Made by a program: the position numbers and the translations under genes. Source: Chrysomallon squamiferum (lineage: Eukaryota; Animalia; Mollusca). From it: DNA of 64,000 bases. The stretch's first letter is position 1. The number at the start of each line of letters is the position of its first letter. The notes beneath the pieces were generated by a model. It ran no database searches, was not told the DNA's origin, and worked only from the letters and a program-made list of their open reading frames with translations. This document shows positions 31,501 to 42,671 of this stretch, piece by piece. The stretch lies in the NCBI GenBank assembly GCA_012295275.1, contig CM022672.1, forward strand, positions 16,554,001-16,618,000, in the 5' to 3' direction.

Positions 31501-34500
31501 TGTGCATGAAACAATCAAAAGCCTAAGCTAATACAACTACTGGAAAAGGTTTAGAACTGCGAAATTTTGAATACACAAACTGAACTGAAATATTACCATT
31601 TACTGTTGGATTGATATTAAGTGTCATATTTATTTAACTTCTAGTATATTTAATATTAGCTGATAAGAATTAATGTTCATAGTTAGTATATTCAATGCTT
31701 ATCATGTTTAATATTAATAAATATTCAATGCTTATCATATTTAATATTATTTTTTTAATCAGTATTTAATTATATTTAACATTAGTTTTTTTGTAATGTT
31801 TATGTTCAATTTTATCTGATAAAAATTGCTAATGGGCGTCTTTTACATCATATTTATTCATTAATTATTATTGTTTTTTAATTGTTATTATTACTATTAA
31901 TATAATCGTCAGAAACATCATCTTTATTATTATTATTATTATTATTATTAATTTTCTTGTAATATACAATTTTCGGTATCACTGCTTACATTTTATAAAT
32001 ACACTGATCAGGTATGCAACAATTATACATTCTTAACTATTTATTGTGGGAAATATTTTTTTTTATTTCTTTTTAATATCTGTCTATCTGATTATAGCAG
32101 ATACAGTGTGTCAGAGCTTGTTGTCAAATATGACAACAATCACACCTTTCAATAACACCTGTCGAACATACAGCTGGCTGGTACCTATATTACTAGCAGT
32201 TTACCTGATGATTGGAAACATTCTGCTACTTAATCTACTTATTGCCATATTCAGGTAAGAAATGAAGTAATACTTCAGTCTATCCATGTAGCTGTTACAG
32301 TGAAAGTAGTAATTGTGTTTTATATTTGAGATGTAATGAAAATAGTGTTATGATTTAAATACAAGAAAAATAAGTAATTTATTATTTAATCTAGTAAATA
32401 TTATTATGTATCTGAGATGTAATGAAAATAAGTAATTTATTTTAAGTATCAAAAGAATTGTTTTATATTTTAAAAAGTTTAAAAAAAAAATAATAATAAT
32501 GCATAATATTGTGATATTTTATTATTATAACTTAGTAATATTTTAATCTGTCCACTGAGCTGATTTATTACTTTGAAAATAGTAATATATTTTAAATATA
32601 ATGAATATACGAATATATTTTAAATATAATGAATATACGAATATATTTTAAATAAAGAGGAACTAGAAATGTTTTAAAAACATAATGAAAACATTATGAA
32701 ACATATTTTAATATAATTAAAGCACTAACATATTTCAAATACACTGAAAATAATAATATAATATATTGTGAATAAAAAAATAAATAAAAATAATAGTATT
32801 ATTATTATTATATAATAAGTGTAACGAAAATGTAAATATATTTTAAATATAATAAAAATAATAAATATATTTTAAATATAATGAATGTGAAAAAAACACT
32901 TTAAATACAGTGAAATAGTAACATATTTTGAATATAACAATGTCACATTTTAAATAAAATCATGGTACAGTCACTCAGATTCTTGCTTTAATAAAAGACT
33001 AGATAAAACTATTTTGTTTCAGTCACGTGTTTGACACAGTGGAGAAGAATGCTATTGAGATATGGAAGTATCAGATGTATTATCTTGTGATGGAGTATGA
33101 TGTTAAAACCAGTCTCTTTCCACCATTCAGCCTCTTTGTACACTGTTATTTGCTCATAAAATGGATCTTTAGAAAAACATGCTGCAAGAAGAAAGTGAAA
33201 GGTATCCTTCTTGTATACATTTCTTTTGAAAGTTGGACATAATTGAAAAATTATATTTAAATCAAACCCATCAATATCATTTAACACTCTGGATCTTTAC
33301 CTGCTTGTTCTTCGAGGCCCCTATTCACTAACTTCTGGACAGCCATCATAGATGCTGGATTAGAAAGATGATTCAAAATGAGTGTGATGACTGTCATAAG
33401 ATTACTAACTCTTAACATCAACAAATAAATTTGACTTCAATTCCACTTTACCATTACTACAGGCTGTAAATAAGTATGACCCAGTTTATCAGTACTACAG
33501 ACTGAAAGTGTTAAAAAATGAATGAATAAAAGAATATTTAACTAGTTGCTGGGCACTAGTTGCAATGGGAAACAGACCTAATGGTATGCTAGTGAGGAAT
33601 GCAAGATTCAAATGTTTTAAGTTGTGTACACATCCCACAAAATTATTAAATATGCAGACATTCACAAATTATTAAGAAGTTGCATCTGATAAATTTATTG
33701 TTATTTAGGTGTGCAGGATAAACAAAATCATTTGATGTATATTTGTTGATATTCAGGTTTACAGTATCATCTGATGTATGTTTGTTGGTATTTAGGTTCA
33801 CATTAGTATCATCTTATGTATGTTTGTTGTTATTTAGGTGTACAGTATTAACAGCAGCATCTAATGTATATTTGTTGATATTTAGGAGTACAGTATGAAC
33901 AGTATCATCTGATATATCTACAGCTGTTTGAGAAGGAAATGATGTCAAACTATCTGAGACGAATGAGATCTAGTGAACTCAATTCCATGGAAATGAAATT
34001 TAACAAACTTCAAAAAAGGTAAATTTATTTTTAATTTTGTTTCTTTGGGAAAGCAAAATATTAAGCTTTATAAAAATTGTCAGTTTCAGTTTGTTTCGTG
34101 AACTGAGTAAAATAACTTCCATTTTAGAAATTCCATGTCATTTAGTTTTACTTACTATAATAATTTAGAATTTGTATAACCAATCTTCTTGTTAATGCTT
34201 TAATACCTTTTGTTTTCTTGATTGTCATGACAATAATATTAAAAACAGCAATACCTTTCATGAAACTCCTCCTCTAAAATAACAACAACAACAATAAAAA
34301 TGATAAAGATGATCTTAACAACATATTACCATTACTAATTTATTTATTCATTTTTGTAACATTATTGCTGCAGTTAAGCATTCTTATTGTTATTCATTAT
34401 TACAAACATAATCATCCATAGGTATAACAACAACAACAACAACAACAACAATTATTATTATTGTTTTATTTATTATTTAATATTATTATTGCTTTTCAGT

Positions 34501-36163
34501 ATATTCTGATTGTTCTTCATCCTCATCACATGTAGTGTTATATTTTATTTTCTAATGTATTATTACCTAAGGGTTGATGATTTGACCAAACTGATAGAGG
34601 ATGAAGTGATAGCAGAAGGAGCCACCCCTCTTGCTGAGACTCTGAAGCCGGACACTTCTCCAATCAATACAGACAAAAAGGAAGATACCTGGCCAACAGC
34701 CAGGGAAGTCAAACGAATGGATGAGCGAATAAAAATTGAAGAGGAAGGCAAAAAGAAAGACGAGCATTTTGAGGTGTGTTACAAAATTTAAAAATTGATT
34801 TGTTAAAATTGAGAGAAATGATACTTATTCTGAGAAAAATACAGGTGGAAAATGGTAGTAGATGATATTATGATTTTCTTTTGTTTTTTTAATATTAAGA
34901 AGGTATATATATATTTAACTAACAACAATATAAAAAGTATAAATTCATTATTAATATAACATCCAAATTTGCAGATAGGCAATTAAAAAAACTAGTATAA
35001 CTAACAAATGGGTGTTTGTATGTAATTTTGTATATTTGTACATATTTATGTAAGTTAAAAAGCATCAGAAAATTATGTTTTTAGTCCATATAGCAATTTT
35101 AAGCTCTGGTGAAATGTTTTGATTATATGTATATACATTTAATTTTAATTCATCCAGGCTAAAGCAGTGGTACGTGATTGCATGTTTATCCGTTATAATT
35201 TCTTTTTACACTAGTTTATTTTATTATTAATTTTCATGCTGAATAACAATTACATTAAATACCGAGAAACTATTACATTAACATGAATTTCCCTTGTAAA
35301 GACACCAAAATAAATGTTATACTTTATTATATTGGATCAACTTCACAAGTGGTAAAAATATTGCTTTATGTTTTACATTTCTTTCTTTCTTGTTCAATAA
35401 TATAGACATAGTTATTTTTAGAGATCAAGATTACATAATAAACAACAACAACAAAAACAAAACAAACCTACAACTAAAATAAACATAAACAAATAATAAT
35501 TTAAAAAAAGACCAGTGACCTGAAACCACTAATATTTAATATACATCTACCAAACCATTCATTCAGCAGGCTTGGGACTGGAGATGCAGGCTAAATCTTC
35601 ACTTAAAATATAAAATAAAGAATGAAACTGTATTTAACATATGCAAAATAACACACTTTTAAAGCAGTTTCTGATTGATCTTTACAATTTCACTTAAAGT
35701 TATTAGAATGCCTGTATAGAACATGCTTTTCACAAACACACTGTTGTGTTTCTGCTCTTCTTTTAGATACGTTGATAAATGAAAAATGAAAGTAAACTGT
35801 AACAAATAGCAACTAGCAGCTTATTTTGAGAAGATCACATGAACACTGCAACACAACTCTCACTTGAACTGGTGTAATGGAAACTAAACTAAAGAATGTC
35901 TAATTCAAGATGCAGTGTAAAATGAAATATAAAATTAAAAAAACTGGATATACAAGTAAAAAAAAATAAGAAAGAAAAAAGAAAGGAAATACAATTAAGA
36001 AAATAATTTTTTTCAATTGTTTATATAATTTGGTGTGTGTGTGTGTGTGCGTGTGTGTGTGCGTGTGTGTGTTACAAATTATAAAACTAAAAATGGTGGT
36101 TATTCAAAGCTTTTTGGAATTCAGATATTGGTTACTGCATTTTTGTTTATTTATTTATTTATT

Positions 36164-36199
<36 letters not shown>

Positions 36200-38060
36200 T
36201 ATCAGTTTTAATTTATTTTTTAAATATATTAAAAAAAAAATAAAAATAAAGTGATGTTAAAATATATATTTTTTATTATATTACTTTGAATGATAATTTT
36301 ACATTAACCACACATTCCTCTGCCCTTTCACAATCACTGCATGCTTAGGTGAAGGAATTGTTATAAAAAATATGTTTTCAAATTATTATTATTATTTTTT
36401 ATTTAGTGTTAAACTATAACAAGACTTAACATACACACTCATTTTTTTGTAACAGAATTATTGTTTAATTTATTAACAACCATAACTGATACTGAAAAAA
36501 AAAAAAAGGTGAAAAAAAACATTGTAATAATATTTTGTGTTTAATCAGTATGTTATTTTGGATTACAAAATATGGCTTTAAGAAGCGATGTGAAATTATT
36601 TTACCAGTAATCAAAGACATGCTTTAATCATGTTTAAATATTTTTTTAACAGCATTTCAAATCAGAGATAATTCAAAAGATAAAAGTTACCTAGAGATGG
36701 TAAAAATAAATAAATTGATGATAATGGTGATAATAATAATAATAATGCTGCTGATGATAATATAATAAATAAATAAGCGTTATGATTAAATATGCTAAAA
36801 TGGAGGAACAGAAATGAGAATATAATAAAATACAGAAGCATTTTTTTAACTCTTTGGCCATATTTAAATTTCACAAAAGCCAGGGAATCTGATGTCTGTC
36901 AGCTCATTGTGAAATGGCTGGTACATCACATCTGCCTCATAATAACAGTGACAGTTGTGGCACTCTATAAAGCTTGTAGAGAAAAACACTGAGAAATGCA
37001 ATAAATGCCCTTGCTGTGAAAAATTACATGGAATGGGGTTTTTTTTTTTTTGGGGGGGGTCTTTACCTCTTTTATTACTCTTTAGTTTCAGAAATAAATG
37101 ATTATTAATTTCACTGAAATTTTATAGCTCATTTTATATTTTCTGAAAACTATTGCATTTCAGTTGACTCAGAAAACCTTATAATCAGAGATGAAGAAGC
37201 AAATACTTCTAAATTTGACAATTTTGTTGCAATAGGTTTGGGTAAAATACCAAACCATTGCAGGTTTTTTTTATATTTGTGTATGTACGCGTTTGTAAAT
37301 ACTATAATGTATCCTTTTGGTGGTTTTCTTTATTTTCAAAACTACATTAATTTAGTCTTCATGTAATTTTTAAATATATTAAAATGTTTTGCAGTGTATC
37401 TTTTCTATTTTGTTTTTAAAGGAAATTGTTGAGGATCTGGTTGACAGGGAAGCACGAAAGAAGAAGAAAAAGAAGAAAGAGAAGAAGAAGAAAAAGCGAT
37501 CAAGGAGCCAAGAACAAGGTTTGGATGAACAAACAGAAATGAAAAATTTAAACCTAGACATGGAGTCAACATTTAACATCAAGCCATCAGAAATGAACAA
37601 ACAGGTAGAGAGTGACTCCTCAGTTCAAGGAGAACACCTTACATTACCTCACCTTAGCAGACTTTCACCAAGGGACAGAACTCCAGATGCTCTGAGACCT
37701 AGCAGTCCAAATGTTTATGAGCCACATTCTCCAACTATTTTCAGCCATTCAGCTGAACGACAACAGAGAAGAAGAGCTTTTGCCATGGACAGTGATTCAG
37801 ACTCAGAACTTGAAATACCTTTCCAGGGCAGAGGAAGTTTTAGATACATACCTTCAAGCCCAAGACAGGATTCTGATTCCACTGATGAAAATAATCTCAG
37901 CAAAACACCAAGATCAAGTTTTGTTTTGAATCGCCGGATGAGACGACATCAACGTGATAAAATTGATGAGCTGGAACATCGACTACAGCAGATGGAGGAA
38001 GTCAACCAACAGTCTTTTCATCAGATAAAGTCCTTGATGAAATCTCAGAAGAAAAAGTAA
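19318..38060 (+). CDS. TRPM-subfamily (melastatin) transient receptor potential cation channel, 25 coding exons, ~1453 aa
   Basis: Phase-consistent exons: 19318-19539, 20283-20389, 21102-21196, 21786-21943, 22100-22273, 22666-22863, 23320-23494, 23862-24033, 24348-24492, 24699-24765, 25022-25144, 25611-25741, 26154-26389, 27136-27279, 27656-27797, 28231-28308, 29045-29179, 29685-29813, 30215-30460, 31022-31196, 32098-32254, 33023-33201, 33886-34018, 34572-34773, 37422-38060. Motifs: PNLVISVVGGAKNF, CIGIAPWG, LNPDHTHFIFVDDG, GTGRAAD, LALTWNRADIA, FYKAPITKF, pore PYWQLYGELFLEEI, NILLLNLLIAIFS, TRP box WKYQ. Confidence 0.93.
19600..19965. repeat. Degenerate ~31-bp minisatellite in TRPM coding intron 1
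   Basis: Recurring TTTGATGTTTTGAAGAACTAG...AAATATA-like units. Confidence 0.65.
25428..25536. repeat. Compound (ATAC)n(AC)n(AT)n microsatellite
   Basis: Directly visible. Confidence 0.9.
29381..29447. mobile_element. Short GC-rich fragment of a probable Helitron/Helentron-associated or MITE element
   Basis: Four 15-bp units GGGG(G)CAATTGTCC-like ending in CTAG, embedded in a very AT-rich intron. The family assignment is inference. Confidence 0.4.
30500..30730 (+). mobile_element. Degenerate SINE-like interspersed repeat; related fragments at ~26515-26565, ~28505-28640 and (reverse strand) ~57190-57280
   Basis: Shared blocks CC..T.GG.TATTTCT..T.CCAG and TGTCT...ATAAAAGAT.C.TTG.TG.TA among the copies. 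Resembles, from memory, an abundant gastropod SINE; not verified by search. Confidence 0.45.
32580..32960. repeat. AT-rich degenerate ~28-bp tandem repeat in a TRPM intron
   Basis: Repeated AATATATTTTAAATATAATGAA core, near-perfect at about 32586-32655. Confidence 0.6.
33683..33920 (+). repeat. Tandem 39-48 bp repeat spanning the acceptor of TRPM exon 23
   Basis: Five copies of TGTTG.TATTYAG|G...CAGTATCATCTGATGTAT with the acceptor G at 33708, 33756, 33795, 33837 and 33885. Confidence 0.9.
35158..35169 (+). CDS. Candidate 12-nt micro-exon (AKAV) in the last TRPM intron
   Basis: TTTTAATTCATCCAG|GCTAAAGCAGTG|GTACGT; phase 0/0 as the flanking exons require; TGCATG at 35179-35184. Confidence 0.5.
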
Positions 38061-39831
38061 AATGGGTTGAGTCCATTATCTGAACTTTTTTTTGTTTTGA
38101 TAAAGAATCACTTTTATAATTATGTACAGATATATTTAGTATTGTTTAATTCTTATGTTTTTAAAATTTGATTTTATGTATTTTGTTTCAGACAAAACCA
38201 TGTTGACTATTTATGGCGTGTTGCCAGTTATTTTTAAAAGCTGTTGTTAATTGTTATATTTTAATATAATAATTTTTTATTTTTAACATTTGTTAAAATG
38301 AAAATTAGAATCATATAGTTTATTTTTTTCTGAATGTGCATAAAAAATATTCCTAAAATTTTGTTATTTACATACATTTTCTTACATTTATTTTTATTAT
38401 TATTTTTGGGCATTAATATTTTGTGTCTTACTTTTTATTAATTTACCATAAATATATCAAGTTTAATTTTATAAAACTTTAATTTTTTCTCTTTAAACAG
38501 CTGTTTATATTTTATTGATGATTTTATTTTTAAAAATCTATGTTATTATTTCACTGAATGCTATTAGTGTTGTGTTTTTATCTTTAATATATTCTCATGA
38601 TATTACATGGCTATGAAGCTGAGTTTTTTTTTTTTTATTTTTGAAATAATATATTTTTTTATCTTTTGTTGCATTTGACAGAAAATTCAGTTCATATATA
38701 CATATTTAGATGTTTGCCTTTTTTTATTATAATGCAATGATATTTTGTCTTTTTGTTCTTAAAATATATGTATGCAATATATGTCTATGTATAGACACAC
38801 ACATGGACATACTAAAGAAAGTTACAGGTGTTTGTGTGTTACAGATTTGAGATTACACAGTAGGGTAATTTTACAAATGAGGGTAATCCATTTAAGGAAT
38901 TAATAATCAAGATTAAAAAAAAATGAGTGTCATCATTTTAATGAATCTAACCATAAAATGTGGAAGGTGTGTGTTTCTATATATAATTTGCTCAAGGATA
39001 TTGTTATTTTTAAAGAATTTATTTTAGGTCATACTTTATATTTAGTAAAGATTGGTCATGATGTACAATGTATAATAATCATTTGGAAGTACATAACATT
39101 TGTTTTGGCTGTTTTTTATAATCAAATGTAGACTGTTACTTGTGCATTTTTGTTTGTTTTCATTTCAATGTGAAGAAATTAATAATTTACAAATATCAAT
39201 TGCCATAAATAAATATAACAAAATGTATCCTTTTAAAACATGTTTTAATAATAGTATTTAAAACTTGATGTCTGTTTAAGATCTATTTATATATATTAAA
39301 TTTTGATGCAGGTTTTTTTTTACAGTTAATGTTGTAGCATTGTCTATACAAGCCTTAAATATTAGTGTTTTAAATTTTAGATTGGTTTTTGGTACAGAAC
39401 AGCAAAAATGATTGGATATCTTTCAGTTTTATGTTTTATTTTATCCAAAAATTGGATTCATTGTTTATTATTATATATCATAATGTTTTTATAATATTAT
39501 TTAATTAATTAATTTATTAATTTATTTATTTATCTAATAATTTGGCAAACTATATTCTGGACATTAACAGTAAAATAACATTACATTTCAACAAATAACA
39601 AGATTGTTAGGCTGCTAAATAGCAGATGGTAAAATGAAATCGAACGTGTATTGTTCTAGCATTAATATAATTTTTATTAAAGGATGAAAGGAAATTGCTA
39701 GATAAAAATTTAAGGGTATTTAATTTCTGTATAAGTAGTATTATAACTCTTTATACTGAATACTACTGCATCAACCCCAGAAAACCCCCCCAAAAAAATT
39801 ATAACTTCCATATTAGAAATTCAGAATATAC

Positions 39832-39864
<33 letters not shown>

Positions 39865-41935
39865 GCTATTATTATTTTGTTACTTTATAAAATCGAGAGT
39901 GATATAGATATTAAATATTGTTCAGGAGTACATCTGGATCTGTGAAGATAATGTACAGTATGTTTTTAATTTGTACTTTTTCACATTTATTTATAATCAT
40001 CATCACCATCATCATTATTATATAATCAAGTACCGAAGAAACTGTGATTGTTCATATATATACATACATATATATATATATATATGTATGTATGTGTGTA
40101 TATATAGATTTTGGTAACTGCATCCGTCCTAGAGATTTATTTTTTTAATGATTATAATAGATAACATATATGATGATCTTGCTACTTTACAAGAAAAATA
40201 TTTATACCTTATACAATGATGAATTTTAGTGTATTTTACTTATAAATTTACCACTGAAAACTGTTGTTTATAATGTTTTTAATAAAGTCAAAGAGAATAT
40301 ATATTTTCATGTTTTATTTTTTTTCATGTTATATTTTGCATATAGGCATTTATTTGATATATTTGGTTGTATGTGTATATCAGTATTATGTGTTTATTTA
40401 AGCATACATGTGTCAATTTGTTTGAGTGTTTAGCTGTATGTTTGTGTGGGTAACAAGGTGCACATACAAACATCCATACAGATCTTTTAATGTTTGATTT
40501 TATTCTTGATTTTTGAGTATATTTATACATGTATATATATACTTGCATCTATGTATGAATATATATATATATATATATGTACTCGTATATGTGTACATGT
40601 TTATTTTTGTGAAGATTTGTACATTTGTGTTTGTGTATGTATGCAAGTTTATGTTTGCTGGTAGTTCAGCAGATTTGAAAATGTAATTCCTGTTGAGGAT
40701 CCTGTGCAAACAAGTCCAAAACCTGAGCCTTGAACAGACCAGATATTTATCCTGCATTCTTCTTTTTTCCACATTTCAGTTACTGTTGCAGATGAAAGAG
40801 TAGGTCTGTCGCCAAAGCATACATTATTAAAGTTTGAAGATTTGCAATGTTGAATTTGTAAATATTTTGAATTACCAATAGTTCAGTGTTGTCTCCTTTA
40901 CAACTGTGGAAATATGGTTCAGAATTTATGCAGTTTCAGTACAGCCCGAGCCCTACAAAGAACTAATGTTGGATGTTTAAGACCAGAATACATTCACTTC
41001 TAATATTCTTTTGTTGGTGGAAGGTTTCAAGTTATGATCATCCAATGTCCTTTGTCCAGCTACTGGCATGAACTGACAATTAGAATGTTATGCAAGTAAA
41101 ATAATAATTCAGTACATATATTCTCCAAGACTTGTATGCATAATGTAAACCAAATCTAGTATGGTAAAGGATTGACTGATTATTCTTTATGCCCAGCAAC
41201 TGGCAGTGGTTGACCTACTGTACTATTTAATTTTTTCCAGTAAAATAACACAAAAATACATATATGGAATTGAGAGGGATAACAAATACAAAGCATGATT
41301 AATTATCTGATCTGGTCATTTATAACAAAAAAAAAACACCCACAAATTTAACAGGGAAAGAACATTTATTTTTAATGACATGAAGAAACCAATAACTATA
41401 CAACATTCATGACATAACATCTGAGCATATTTTGCTTCAGTTATATACAATTATTTTTTTGAATGGAAACTTTTTTTTTTCCTTTTTTTAATGACAAGAG
41501 GCAATGAATTCAAAAATGTCTAAAGTATAGATGATCACAGATATTTTAATGGATCCATTTTCAGCTGTCACTTTCACTTTCTGGTTGTGTCATTTAATAA
41601 TAAATTTAAGACAAAATTGAAGTAAGAGGCTGTTGTAGCTGGTAAATTTTTCACAAAGGAACCAAGGTGAACCACATGGTGCACTGAAGTCTTGGTTCTG
41701 TACTGCACCTTTTTCAGCAATCTTTGGTCTGAAGTCTTTTCTCTGAAGTAACCTGGTTTAAAGTGGATTACTTCTAGACTATTTTTAATTTTTTTATTGC
41801 TCTGAATTGCTACCTTTTACTGGTATGACACAGATGATAAAGCATTGCATGGCATGATTTGCAGGCAATCACAACCAACTTTGCATTAATGTTTAAAATG
41901 TTATAACAAAAAATCCTTAACAATAAACAAAACAA

Positions 41936-42632
41936 CTAGGTTTTTTCAAGCTCTCTGAATTTTTTGAAACGTTTCCATTCTCCAGTGGAATAGTTCATCT
42001 GGAAGTATGTGTCAGCAATCATCTGTTTTGTAACACCGTCAGCTGCAGTCACAACTTCATGGTCTTCACTAAGTTTTATATTTAGAATATCACCTTGTTG
42101 CGGACATGGATTATCTGAAAATAATAAAAACAATCCTATTGAATCCATAAAAATAAAATAATTATTTTATATTAATAAATAATCGTATTTTCATAATATT
42201 ATCCTTAAGTCCATGAAGATTAATATTCACACTAAATCCCTAAAGATAATATATCAATAAGCGTTCTAAAGGTTATTATTTAACATACATCTTCTATTTT
42301 GCATTACTGAAGTTGTTGTCTTCTTTTATTTGCATCTTTTTGCTTCCATACAAATGAAATATTTTAATTAAAAAAGACTTGATGTCATTCAGTGAAGTAG
42401 AAAACGTAACCGATACATTTTTAAAGACCCTGTTTCTGTATGTGACTCAGTAATGAAATTGCTTTATGTGAAAACAGATTTGCTAATTAATTTCTGTACC
42501 TCTTGATCCTGCCATAAATCCGAGAATCAGAGCTTTCTCAGGACGTGTAACTTTGTTCGAGGACTTGAACATCTCCTGTGCTTCCATCATTTGTTCCCGC
42601 TGAAAAATAAAAAGGAATGCTTGCTAAAACAT

Positions 42633-42671
<39 letters not shown>

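Noticed and set aside
37164-37235. 72-nt open AG...GT segment in the last TRPM intron (DSENLIIRDEEANTSKFDNFVAI)
   Set aside because: Open only in a phase incompatible with the phase-0 flanking exons; phase 0 hits a stop.
40270-40360. Possible overlap of TRPM and NELFA 3' ends (AATAAA on both strands)
   Set aside because: AATAAA occurs constantly by chance at this AT content; cannot be supported without 3'-end data.
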